Shown here: positions 8,863 to 18,540 of the stretch, piece by piece
Layout of the letters: each line of letters starts with the position of its first letter
How positions within the stretch are numbered: the stretch's first letter is position 1
Assembly: GCA_947628935.1 (NCBI GenBank)
Contig: CANRBT010000001.1
Coordinates: forward strand, 1-49,616
Length of the DNA stretch: 49,616 bases
From: an uncultured Roseburia sp.
GTDB taxonomy: Bacteria > Bacillota > Clostridia > Lachnospirales > Lachnospiraceae
Direction of reading: 5' to 3'
Position numbers and translations under genes: made by a program
The notes under the pieces: model-generated
Databases searched by the model: none
The model's input: only the letters and a program-made list of their open reading frames with translations
What the model was told of the DNA's origin: nothing

Positions 8863-10407
8863 CTACGGCTGATAAATCCTCTTCTCCCGGATGACCGGCT
8901 TGATGCTGAAAATACGTTCAAAATATCCTGCCTTTGCCGCAAACAACGACCTCTCAAGAGCGATATCCTCCGTCGTCTCCAGCGTGATGACAAGCTCCTT
9001 TTCCTTCTCCTTCACCTGCGCGCGCACGTTTCGGATCTTCTGACGATGGCTCCGGTCCATTGCGTTCGCGACCCGCAGGATTGCCGAGAGCTTTGCCACG
9101 ACCAGATAGCTGCCCCGGTCCAGCCTGTCTGCCAGCTCGCCGTATGCCGGGAGCTCGACTGTGTGGTAGAGCACCACGTCCGCCACGATCATGCGCTCCA
9201 GGTGGCTCAAGCCCAGGATCTCGGACGCGAGAATGATATCGTGCGCACAGCGCGGTGCATTGGAAAAGCTGATATATTTCCCGCAGTCGTGCAGGATCGC
9301 CGCCACCTGCAGCAGCAGCCGCTCCCGTTTGCCGAGCCCGTGCTCCTTTTTCATCGCGTCATAGATCAAAAGCGACGTCTCGACCAGCATGTCGATGTGC
9401 GGGAAATAATTCTGATAGCGCGCCGCCATGCTGCGCGACGCGGAGAGAATATCCTTGTCAAAATCGTGTGACGGCTTATAGAGACGGTTCTTTTCCGCGT
9501 ATTCGCAGGCGATCCCGTCGCTCACCATCGCTCCCGGCACCCAGAGCGAGGATGCTCCGAGACGTTCGGCGAGGCATTTGCAGATGATCAGGTACGGGAT
9601 CATGAGCTCGTCGCTCTCGCTCGCAAGCTCCAGCTCCTCCGCGATCTGCTTGAGGCTTCTCTTTCCCAGATGCTCCAGATAGCGGATGACCTTCTGGACA
9701 TCCACGGTCCGCTGGTCCCTGTTCTTCTCCACCTTGCGCACGAGCTCGGAAATGTAATCGCCCGCGATGATCAGATGCTCCACCGTCTGCTCTCCCATGT
9801 AAAGCTCACGGAAGCCCTCGATCTCACGGACGACCATCTCCTCCACCTGCCGCTCGTACTGCGTGAGGCTGCCGCTCTTGTGGGCAAGCTGCTCCCGCAG
9901 GCGGAGCGTACCGATCACCAGATGCTGGGTCGTGACGACCTTCCCCTCGGAAAAGATCGTGATCTGCATGCCGGCGCCTCCCACGTCCACCATTGCCGCG
10001 CTCGTGCGGATCATGTCCTCGAACTCCTCGCGGATCGCCAGCGCCTTGTAGTTGATGAAGCGGTGCTCGGAATTGCTGAGCACATGCACGGAGAGCCCTG
10101 TCCGCAGGCGGATCTGATCCAGCACGAACAGATCGTTCTCCGCATAGCGGAGCACGGCCGCCGCATACGCCTCGCAGTGCTCCGCCCGGTATTCCCCTGC
10201 GATCTGCAGATACTCCCGCAAGGTGCCGCAGAGCACATCCACCAGCTCGTAGCCGATCGCACCCGTGGAGTAGACATCCTTTCCCATCTCGATCCTGCGC
10301 CTGACGTAATCGATGCCGTGCAGCTTCTTTTTGGAAGAAAGTTCAAAGATCTTCAGGCTCACCTCGTAGGAGCCGATATAGATTGCCGCAAATGTGTGTA
10401 TCGCCAT
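8863..10407 (-). CDS. ppx: Ppx/GppA-family protein with C-terminal HD domain (catalytic motifs degenerate)
   Basis: ASKHA-like AAIYIGS and VDVGG motifs, AAILHDCGK HD-like domain, adjacent to ppk. Start at ATG 10407 (MAIHTFAA). Confidence 0.85.
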   Translation of the reverse strand: MAIHTFAAIYIGSYEVSLKIFELSSKKKLHGIDYVRRRIEMGKDVYSTGAIGYELVDVLCGTLREYLQIAGEYRAEHCEAYAAAVLRYAENDLFVLDQIRLRTGLSVHVLSNSEHRFINYKALAIREEFEDMIRTSAAMVDVGGAGMQITIFSEGKVVTTQHLVIGTLRLREQLAHKSGSLTQYERQVEEMVVREIEGFRELYMGEQTVEHLIIAGDYISELVRKVEKNRDQRTVDVQKVIRYLEHLGKRSLKQIAEELELASESDELMIPYLIICKCLAERLGASSLWVPGAMVSDGIACEYAEKNRLYKPSHDFDKDILSASRSMAARYQNYFPHIDMLVETSLLIYDAMKKEHGLGKRERLLLQVAAILHDCGKYISFSNAPRCAHDIILASEILGLSHLERMIVADVVLYHTVELPAYGELADRLDRGSYLVVAKLSAILRVANAMDRSHRQKIRNVRAQVKEKEKELVITLETTEDIALERSLFAAKAGYFERIFSIKPVIREKRIYQP

Positions 10408-10435
10408 GCCCTTCTCCTCATTGCCCTCCCCATGA

Positions 10436-11734
10436 TCATTCCAGCGGCTTCCCCCGCAGATAGTCGATGAACTGCTGCGCCGTCCTCCCGGACAGACCGC
10501 CGTGGGACAGCTCCCATCGGTTCGCCTGCAGCAGCAGCTCCTCCTCGTCCATCCGAACCTCATAGCGCGCCGCCAACTGCTTTACGATCTGCTGGAACTC
10601 CTTCTTGTCCGGCGAGCCAAAATAGATCGTGACGCCAAAACGCGCGTAGAGCGACAGCTTTTCCTGCACTGTGTCCGAGGTGTGCATATCCTCGCGCACC
10701 TCCTCCTTGTCGGAAAAGGTCTCGCGGATCAGATGTCTGCGGTTCGATGTCGCATAGATCAGGATATTGTCCGGCTTCTTCTCCAGCCCGCCCTCGATGA
10801 TCGCCTTTAAATATTTGTACTCGATCTCAAACTCCTCAAAGGAGAGGTCATCCATGTAGATGATGAACTTATAGTTGCGGTTCTTGATCTGTGCGATCAC
10901 ATCGTTGAGATCTTCAAACTGGTGCTTATAGACCTCGATGAGCCGGAGCCCCCTGTCATAATATTGATTTGCAATCGCTTTGATGCTCGTGGATTTTCCG
11001 GTACCCGCATCCCCGTACAGCAGGCAGTTGTTCGCCGCCCTCCCGGAGACGAACGCCTCCGTATTGTCGATCAGCTTCTGCTTGGCGATCTCGTAGCCCA
11101 CGAGGTCATCCAGCTTCACATGCGCGATATTCGTGATCGGAACGATCCGGACCCCGTCCTTTTTGCGCGCCACGCGAAACGCCTTGTGCAGTCCGAGATC
11201 CCCCACGCCGTACTCCAGATAAAACGCGGTCAGCGCATCCTTAAACGCCCCCGTGTCGGACGCCTGTTCCAGATGGGTGCAGAGCTCCCGGATGCGGTCC
11301 CGGATCCGCCTGTTGAACCCCGTCCCGCTGCGGTGCGTCGCCCGGTAGGAAAGCAGCGCCGCAGGACAGTCCAGCCGGAACCAGGCAAAGAGCTGTTTTA
11401 AGTCGAACAGGAAACATTCCCGGATGATCTCAAGGTCATGGGACGCGATCGCGTTGATGGATCCTTCGACGCCGCCGCGGATCTCACAGGCACGGCTGTA
11501 GGCGTTTTCGTTGCTCACCAGAAGATACGTCAGGTAGCAGTGCCAGAGATTCTCCTCAAAACCGTACTGCTCCGCCACCTCCATCAATCTTTTCATGCAG
11601 CGGTAGAACACGCTCTCCTGCCCTTCCTCGGGCGCCGTGTCTTTGCCGCTTTCGTATTGCTGCATCAGATCCGTCATCTCATAGAACATCGGTTCCAGAT
11701 CCTTGTACAGGATCAGCTGTGTCGCGCTCTTCAT
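10436..11734 (-). CDS. DUF815-family AAA+ ATPase
   Basis: Walker A GDAGTGKS, Walker B YMDDLSFE, LIYATSNRRHL, EKLSL..RFG, SGRTAQQF. Confidence 0.88.
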   Translation of the reverse strand: MKSATQLILYKDLEPMFYEMTDLMQQYESGKDTAPEEGQESVFYRCMKRLMEVAEQYGFEENLWHCYLTYLLVSNENAYSRACEIRGGVEGSINAIASHDLEIIRECFLFDLKQLFAWFRLDCPAALLSYRATHRSGTGFNRRIRDRIRELCTHLEQASDTGAFKDALTAFYLEYGVGDLGLHKAFRVARKKDGVRIVPITNIAHVKLDDLVGYEIAKQKLIDNTEAFVSGRAANNCLLYGDAGTGKSTSIKAIANQYYDRGLRLIEVYKHQFEDLNDVIAQIKNRNYKFIIYMDDLSFEEFEIEYKYLKAIIEGGLEKKPDNILIYATSNRRHLIRETFSDKEEVREDMHTSDTVQEKLSLYARFGVTIYFGSPDKKEFQQIVKQLAARYEVRMDEEELLLQANRWELSHGGLSGRTAQQFIDYLRGKPLE

Positions 11735-11752
11735 CGCATGCCCTCCATCTCT

Positions 11753-12883
11753 CTAGTAATTGCCCAGTATCATGAAACGAATCGTCTCCTCCGAGAGACC
11801 CTGCAGCGCATTCTGCACGGCGGCATCCCTCAGATTGCCCTCAAAATCGACAAAAAAGCGGTATTCCCAGTTTTTGCCCTGTACCGGACGCGATTCGATA
11901 TGGTTCAGGTTCAGTCCGTTATAGATAAAGTGCGACAGCATGTGGTAGAGCGAACCCGTCTCGTGCGGCGCCTCAAAACACACGCTGATCTTGCCGGCCT
12001 CTCTCGTAAAGACATGCCTGCCCGATACGATGACAAAACGCGTGGCGTTCGTCTTGCTGTCCTGAACGCCCTCCTCGAGCACGGAAAGCCCATAGATCTC
12101 CGCCGTCAGCCGGCTCGCGATCGCCGCGGCGTGCATCACGCCGTCCTGTCTGACCTTCTGCGCCGCCATCGCCGTATTTTTCAGGCTGTGCCGCTCCCAC
12201 TCCCGATGCGCCTCCAGGTATCTGCCGCACTGCATCAGCGCCTGCGGATGGGAATAGACGTCCGTGATATCCGCAAGCGAAGCGCCGGGCAGTCCGAGCA
12301 GCGCATGCTCGATCTTTAAGATCTGCTCACCCACGATGCAGTGTCCGTACTCGACCATCAGATCGTAATTCTCGGAGACAATGCCGGCGGAGGAATTCTC
12401 GATCGGAAGGACGGCGTAATCCGCTTCCCCCTTCGCGATCGCCTCCATCGCATCCCGCCATGTCTCCACGTGATAGCTGTCCGCATCCGCGCCGAAATAC
12501 TCCCGCAGCGCCAGCTGTGTGTATGCGCCCTCGACCCCCTGGAACACGATGCGCGCATTCCGGTAGTCCAGCCGCTCCACCTCCGTAAAATCCGGCTCCT
12601 CGCGGATCCCGTGCTCCGTCATCATCTGGTACTGGCGCTTTCTGCTCGTGGATATGATCTGCTCGAACAGCTCCCTGATCCCGTTGCGGTCGAATTCGTT
12701 CCCCGCAAGCGCCGTCAGGCTCTCGATCTTTTCCTCCTCGCGCTGTCTGTCAGACACCTTTTTCCCTGTCGCCAGCTTATATTCCGCCACCTGCTCGACG
12801 ATCTCCATCCTCTGCCGGTACAGCTCTAACAGTTCGTGGTCGATCTCGTCGATCTCTCTTCTCAACTCCGCTAAGTCTCTCAT
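11753..12883 (-). CDS. pheA: Chorismate mutase / prephenate dehydratase
   Basis: N-terminal CM (LRREIDEID..R), PIENSSAG, SHPQALMQC, NATRF, and ACT domain IESRP. Confidence 0.96.
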   Translation of the reverse strand: MRDLAELRREIDEIDHELLELYRQRMEIVEQVAEYKLATGKKVSDRQREEEKIESLTALAGNEFDRNGIRELFEQIISTSRKRQYQMMTEHGIREEPDFTEVERLDYRNARIVFQGVEGAYTQLALREYFGADADSYHVETWRDAMEAIAKGEADYAVLPIENSSAGIVSENYDLMVEYGHCIVGEQILKIEHALLGLPGASLADITDVYSHPQALMQCGRYLEAHREWERHSLKNTAMAAQKVRQDGVMHAAAIASRLTAEIYGLSVLEEGVQDSKTNATRFVIVSGRHVFTREAGKISVCFEAPHETGSLYHMLSHFIYNGLNLNHIESRPVQGKNWEYRFFVDFEGNLRDAAVQNALQGLSEETIRFMILGNY

Positions 12884-12920
12884 AGATTCCCCTTTATCCG
12901 CCGATCATTCCGCTGTTTCT

Positions 12921-12949
12921 ACTATAGTACATTCACGTTCCAATGGCAA
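12921..12949 (-). promoter_or_regulatory. SigA-type promoter of pheA operon
   Basis: TTGCCA-17 nt-TATAGT. Confidence 0.6.
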
Positions 12950-12956
12950 GAGACCC

Positions 12957-12986
12957 TTGCCAGATATTGTGCAAAAATGGTATAAT
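12957..12986 (+). promoter_or_regulatory. SigA-type promoter of DUF5050 gene
   Basis: TTGCCA-18 nt-TATAAT with extended -10 TGnTATAAT. Confidence 0.72.
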
Positions 12987-13027
12987 TTTTTATATATCAT
13001 ACAAGAAAAGAAAGAAGGGATCGTTAT

Positions 13028-14059
13028 ATGAAAAAAGTCATTCCGATCGTCATTTTTATCGTGATCGTGCTCTTCTGTATCGGACTTGGCGTGTTCCTGA
13101 CCCGCGCGAACCGCACGCGCCTCAACGACACCTACGTCAACGGGAACACAGCCGGAAATCTCTACAATCTCGGACTGTACTGCGAATACGAGGGCGTCGT
13201 GTATTTTGCGAACCCCTCCGACGGCAACAGGCTCTACTCGATGGATGCGCGGGGCGGAAACCTGAAAAAAATCTCGGGCGACGCCGTGTCCTTCATCAAC
13301 GTGGACGACAATTACATCTACTACGTGCGCAACAATCCGGGCTCCATAGACATTTTCTCTTTCTCAAACTTCAACACGAACAGTCTCTGCCGCATCGACC
13401 ATGACGGCTCGCACGTCGTGGTGCTCGACACAGAGCCGGCGCTTTACGCCTCCCTCGTCGGAAATTACGTCTACTATATGCACTACACGGAGTCGGAAGC
13501 GACGACGCTCTGCCGCGTGAAGATCGACGGCAGCGGGCAGACGCAGATCAGCGAAACGCCTACCTACACCTGCTCGACGCTCGGGCAGTACATTTACTAC
13601 AACGGCGTGGAGGACAACCACTTTATCTGGCGCTATGACACGGAAACCGGCGCGCAGGGCATGCTCTATCCCGGAAACTGCTGGATGCCGATCGTCGTAA
13701 ACGAGACGACCGCCTACTTCCTGGATATCGACCACGACTATGCGATCACCCGCGTCGACCTTTCGACCGGAGACAAGCAGCTTTTGTGCGAGGACCGTGT
13801 GGACTGGTACAACATCGTGGGCAGCTACATTTACTTCCAGACGAGCAGCGCCAACTCCGAACCTCCCGCCCTCTGCCGGATGCGCACGGACGGTGAGGAC
13901 TACGAGGTGCTGATGCAGGGAACCTTCAAGAACATCTGCGCGACGACCTACTATGTCTATTTCCGCGACTACTTTACCGACCACGCATACCGCATCGCCT
14001 TAAACACAGCGGACGCGACGCCGGAGCCGTTCGATCCGGGCGTCGCAGAGAAAAAATAA
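13028..14059 (+). CDS. Membrane-anchored extracellular beta-propeller protein (DUF5050-like)
   Basis: N-terminal TM, then GNTAGNLYNLGL and repeated YIYY/LCRI.DG blades. Confidence 0.8.
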   Translation: MKKVIPIVIFIVIVLFCIGLGVFLTRANRTRLNDTYVNGNTAGNLYNLGLYCEYEGVVYFANPSDGNRLYSMDARGGNLKKISGDAVSFINVDDNYIYYVRNNPGSIDIFSFSNFNTNSLCRIDHDGSHVVVLDTEPALYASLVGNYVYYMHYTESEATTLCRVKIDGSGQTQISETPTYTCSTLGQYIYYNGVEDNHFIWRYDTETGAQGMLYPGNCWMPIVVNETTAYFLDIDHDYAITRVDLSTGDKQLLCEDRVDWYNIVGSYIYFQTSSANSEPPALCRMRTDGEDYEVLMQGTFKNICATTYYVYFRDYFTDHAYRIALNTADATPEPFDPGVAEKK

Positions 14060-14082
14060 CCTGACGGAAACGAGGGGGGCTG

Positions 14083-17000
14083 CTAAGCAAAATCAAACAG
14101 CGACAGCTGGTTGGACTCCGGCATGTTTTCCAGCAGCCCCAGATCTCCCATCAGATCGATCAGCGGCTTTGGCAGCTTGGCGCGCTGTCTTAGATCATCC
14201 CTGGAGAGGAATTTCCCGTCCTTTGCCGCCTCCGCCAATGTGATGGCGGCGTTGTCCCCCATCCCGTCGATCGCGTTGAGCGCCGGCATCAGCTTCCCGT
14301 CAATGATCTGAAAGCGATCCGGCTTCGCCCGGTAGATATCGATCGGCACAAACTCAAACCCGCGCGCATACATCTCCTGCACGATCCGCATATCCCGGTA
14401 GACATCCTGCTCCTTTTTGGTCAGCGCATCCTTCCTCCCTGTGTAATCCCTGTAATAATACTCGATCCTCTCCTTCCCCTGACACATGATCTCATAGTCG
14501 AACCCCGTCGCACGGATCGAGAAATAGGCCGCGTAGTATGCGAGCGGATAATAGACCTTGCAGTAGGCGATGCGCCATGCCATCATGACGTATGCTGCCG
14601 CGTGCGCCTTCGGGAACATGTACTGGATCTTTTTGCAGGACCAGATATACCAGTCCGGCACCCCGTGCGCCGTCATCTCCGTCTCCCACTCCGGCTTTAA
14701 GCCCTTCCCCTTCCGCACGGATTCCATGATCTCGAAGGAGAGCTCGCTGTCGAGCCCCATCTGGATCAGATAGATCATGATGTCGTCTCTCGTACAGATC
14801 GCCGTGGAGATCGTCGCCTTGCCCTCCTGGATCAGCGTCTGCGCGTTTCCGACCCACACGTCCGTGCCGTGGGACAGCCCGGAAATGCGGATCATGTCCG
14901 AAAATTCCTGCGGCCTGGCATCGATCACCATCTGCATGGCAAAATCCGTCCCAAATTCCGGAATGCCGAGACAGCCAAGCGGCGTCCCGTGGATGTCCTC
15001 CGGCGTGATGCCAAGCGCCGACGTATCTTTAAACAGCGACATGACCGCCTCGTCGTCGAGCGGTATCTCCGTCGGCTCGATCCCCGTCAGATCCTGCAGC
15101 ATACGGATCATCGTCGGATCATCGTGCCCGAGGATGTCGAGCTTCAACAGGTTGTGATCAATGGAGTGATAATCAAAATGCGTGGTGACGATCGGCGTCC
15201 CCATGTCGTTCGCCGGGTGCTGTACCGGCGTGAACGTGTTGATATCTTCCCCCACAGGAAGCACTACGATCCCGCCCGGGTGCTGCCCGGTCGTCCTGCG
15301 GACGCCCACGCACCCCTGTGCAATGCGGTCGATCTCACACTTTCTCTTATGGATGCCATGCTCCTCATTATATCGCTTGATATAGCCAAATGCCGTCTTT
15401 TCGGCAAGCGTTCCGATCGTCCCTGCGCGGAAGGTCTGCCCATAGCCGAAGATCACCTCGCAGTAGGCGTGCGCCTTGCTCTGATACTCTCCGGAGAAAT
15501 TCAGGTCGATATCCGGCTCCTTGTTTCCCTTAAATCCGAGGAACGTCTCAAACGGGATGTCAAAGCCGTCCTTCAGCAGCTTGCTCCCGCAGTGCGGGCA
15601 CACCTTGTCCGGCATATCGCAGCCGCTTCGCCCGGCAAATGCCCTGACCTCCGGGGAATCGAACTCGCTGTACCCGCAGCTGCCGCAGCGGTAATGCGCC
15701 GGCAGCGGGTTGACCTCCGTGATGCCCGCCATCGTAGCCGCAAAGGAGGAGCCGACAGAGCCGCGGGAGCCCACGAGGTAGCCGTCCTCATTCGACTTCC
15801 ACACCAGCTTCTGGGCGATGATGTACATCACGGCGTAGCCGTTGGAAATAATGGAATTCAACTCGCGGTCAAGGCGCTCCTGCACGATGGGCGGCAGCGT
15901 ATCTCCATACATTTGGTGCGCTTTTGTGTAACAGATATCGCGCAGCAGCTGATCCGAGTTCTCAATGACCGGCGGACATTTGTCCGGCCGTACCGGCGAG
16001 ATCCGCTCGCACATATCCGCGATCCGATTGGGGTTGGTGACGACAACCTCCCTCGCCTTCTCGCTTCCCAGATAGGCAAACTCCTCCAGCATCTCCTCCG
16101 TCGTCCTCAAATACAGCGGAGCCTGCTCGTCCGCATCCTTAAAGCCCTTCCCCGCCATGATGATGCGGCGGTACACCTCGTCCTGCGGGTCCAGAAAGTG
16201 TACGTCACAGGTGGCGACCACGGGCTTGTGAAAGGTCTCTCCCAGCCGGACGATGCAGCGGTTGATCTCCTGCAGCTCCTCCAGGGACCCCACAGGGTCC
16301 TTCTCGTTTCGCAGCAGAAAGGCGTTGTTCCCAAGCGGCTGGATCTCCAGATAATCGTAAAATCGGACCAGCCGGATAATGTCCTCCTCCGGCTTTCCGC
16401 CGAGGATCGCGCGGTACAGCTCTCCCGCCTCGCAGGCGGAACCGAGAAGCAGCCCCTCGCGGTATTTTACGAACTCGCTCTTGGGCACGCGCGGCCGTTT
16501 GCGGTAATAGGTCAGATGCGACATGGAGACGAGCCGATAGAGATTGATGCGCCCGATATCGTTGGTCGCTAAAAGGATGGCGTGATAGGTCGGCAGCTTC
16601 CCCACAGTCTCCGGCGAGGTCTGTCCCATCCGGTTGATCTCGTCGAGCGTCCCGATCCCCCGCTCCTTCAGCATGTTCAAAAATTTTATAAAAATTTCCG
16701 CCGTGCAGCCGGCATCGTCCACAGCCCTGTGATGATTGTCCAGCGAAACGCCGAGCGCCTTTGCCACAGTGTCCAGCTTGTATCTGCCGATCTGCGGCAG
16801 GAGCAGCCGCGCCATCGCCACGGTATCAGCCACTGTGAAGTCGCACGGGATCCCCTGTCTCTCACAGTTTTTCCTGATAAATCCCATATCGAACTCTGCG
16901 TTGTGCGCGACCATGACCGCACCCTCACAGAAGGTCATGAACCGGGGCAAAACCTCCTCGATCTTCGGTTCCCCGATCACCATATCGTCCCGGATGGACG

Positions 17001-18531
17001 TCAGCTTCTCAATGTCGAACGGGATCGGCACCTCCGGATTCACAAACGCAGAAAACCGCTCCACCTCCTGTCCGTTTCTGACCTTGACCGCACCGATCTC
17101 GATGATCCGGTTCTTCTCCGCGGAAAGCCCCGTCGTCTCCAGGTCAAAGACCACGTAGGTATCATCCAGGCTCTGTCCCCTGGCGTCTGTGACGATCTCC
17201 TTTAAGTCGTCGACCAGATACGCCTCCATCCCATAGATGACCTTAAAATCCTCATCCGGCGAGACCGCATGGTTCGCATCGGGAAACGCCTGCACATCGC
17301 CGTGATCTGTGATCGCAATCGCCTTATGCCCCCACTTTTTGGCACGCGCGATGATATCCGCGACCTCCGAGACGCCATCCATATCGCTCATCTTGGTATG
17401 GCAGTGGAGCTCCACACGCTTTTCGGGGCTTGCATCCATGCGGACCGTTGTAAAATCGGGAATCCTGCGAATCCCCACCACAGATCCGATCCCAAGCTCG
17501 CCGTCATACCGGTCAATGGTCGTAACCCCCTTGACCTTTAAGAACGCCCCCTTCTGAAGCCCTGCTTCCATCAGCTCCTGGACACGCGCGGTCGGCAGGA
17601 ACAGCTTCATGCCGATCGAATCCGTAAAATCCGTTACCGCCAGGATCAGGATCGTCTTGTCGTCCCGAATCTGGCGTGTTTCCAGGCTGATGACCTTGCA
17701 GCGGACCGTGACCTCCCCCATCTCGCCGACGATCTTCTCTATCTCGATGGGCGTATCATCAAAATCACGTCCGTAGATGACATCCGGATTCCCTGCATGT
17801 TTTCCTGCAGGAATTGTCGAATTTGCATTATTTTTTGCAGAATTTGCTTTTTTTGTGCCAACACTGCCACCCCTACCACCAGATGTTGTGGGAGCGGAGG
17901 AAACCGCATAGGAGGAATCCGTTTCCGTCGCGCGCGCCCCCTTCTCGTGGAGCTCCAGCCGCTCCATGACATTGCGTATCTCAAACTGAACCTGCAGCTC
18001 GTTCGCCTTCTTATGCCTGCCCTCTTCCTGTTCCCGGAAATCCAGTTCCACGGAAAGATCCATACCGCACCGCTCGCAAAAAATCTTCTCCAAAAACTCC
18101 ACGATCTCATGCGCGCGCGCCCGCGCGATCAGGGAATCCTCCAAAGTGAGCTTCATATGGTTCGCATCCGAAAAGACGATCCCTGCCGCGCGAAACAGAT
18201 TGTACTCCATCAGGCTGTAATGCTTCAGTTCCTCCAGCATACTGTCCCGATACATTTCAAGAAGATACTCCGGCGTATACTGCTCCGAGAGGCGGTATCG
18301 CTCGATGACCTTGACCTCCATTTGCGTATTCTGGAACATCTGCCTGGCGATCAGCCGCTCCAGCTCATAGATGTCCTTCTTCTGGATCAGGCGCGAACTG
18401 CTCAGATAGACGCGGATGCGGTCATGCTGACGGTTCATCCCCACCTTTGTGACCTCCGTCTCCGCCAGAAGCTTTTTCATATGTTCTTCCACCTCAAGCG
18501 ATGGAAACACCTCAAAAAAACGTTTTGCCAT
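14083..18531 (-). CDS. polC: DNA polymerase III PolC-type alpha subunit
   Basis: VELHCHTKMSDMDG (PHP), inserted exonuclease VFDLETTG/AHNAEFD/HHRAVDDA, SRGSVGSS, PDIDLNF, KLDILGHDDP, YMFPKAHA. Confidence 0.98.
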   Translation of the reverse strand: MAKRFFEVFPSLEVEEHMKKLLAETEVTKVGMNRQHDRIRVYLSSSRLIQKKDIYELERLIARQMFQNTQMEVKVIERYRLSEQYTPEYLLEMYRDSMLEELKHYSLMEYNLFRAAGIVFSDANHMKLTLEDSLIARARAHEIVEFLEKIFCERCGMDLSVELDFREQEEGRHKKANELQVQFEIRNVMERLELHEKGARATETDSSYAVSSAPTTSGGRGGSVGTKKANSAKNNANSTIPAGKHAGNPDVIYGRDFDDTPIEIEKIVGEMGEVTVRCKVISLETRQIRDDKTILILAVTDFTDSIGMKLFLPTARVQELMEAGLQKGAFLKVKGVTTIDRYDGELGIGSVVGIRRIPDFTTVRMDASPEKRVELHCHTKMSDMDGVSEVADIIARAKKWGHKAIAITDHGDVQAFPDANHAVSPDEDFKVIYGMEAYLVDDLKEIVTDARGQSLDDTYVVFDLETTGLSAEKNRIIEIGAVKVRNGQEVERFSAFVNPEVPIPFDIEKLTSIRDDMVIGEPKIEEVLPRFMTFCEGAVMVAHNAEFDMGFIRKNCERQGIPCDFTVADTVAMARLLLPQIGRYKLDTVAKALGVSLDNHHRAVDDAGCTAEIFIKFLNMLKERGIGTLDEINRMGQTSPETVGKLPTYHAILLATNDIGRINLYRLVSMSHLTYYRKRPRVPKSEFVKYREGLLLGSACEAGELYRAILGGKPEEDIIRLVRFYDYLEIQPLGNNAFLLRNEKDPVGSLEELQEINRCIVRLGETFHKPVVATCDVHFLDPQDEVYRRIIMAGKGFKDADEQAPLYLRTTEEMLEEFAYLGSEKAREVVVTNPNRIADMCERISPVRPDKCPPVIENSDQLLRDICYTKAHQMYGDTLPPIVQERLDRELNSIISNGYAVMYIIAQKLVWKSNEDGYLVGSRGSVGSSFAATMAGITEVNPLPAHYRCGSCGYSEFDSPEVRAFAGRSGCDMPDKVCPHCGSKLLKDGFDIPFETFLGFKGNKEPDIDLNFSGEYQSKAHAYCEVIFGYGQTFRAGTIGTLAEKTAFGYIKRYNEEHGIHKRKCEIDRIAQGCVGVRRTTGQHPGGIVVLPVGEDINTFTPVQHPANDMGTPIVTTHFDYHSIDHNLLKLDILGHDDPTMIRMLQDLTGIEPTEIPLDDEAVMSLFKDTSALGITPEDIHGTPLGCLGIPEFGTDFAMQMVIDARPQEFSDMIRISGLSHGTDVWVGNAQTLIQEGKATISTAICTRDDIMIYLIQMGLDSELSFEIMESVRKGKGLKPEWETEMTAHGVPDWYIWSCKKIQYMFPKAHAAAYVMMAWRIAYCKVYYPLAYYAAYFSIRATGFDYEIMCQGKERIEYYYRDYTGRKDALTKKEQDVYRDMRIVQEMYARGFEFVPIDIYRAKPDRFQIIDGKLMPALNAIDGMGDNAAITLAEAAKDGKFLSRDDLRQRAKLPKPLIDLMGDLGLLENMPESNQLSLFDFA

Positions 18532-18540
18532 ACCCTGGTA

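Noticed and set aside
14083-18531. Possible intein or insertion in polC
   Set aside because: Length and domain order are normal for PolC, and no intein terminal motifs were seen.
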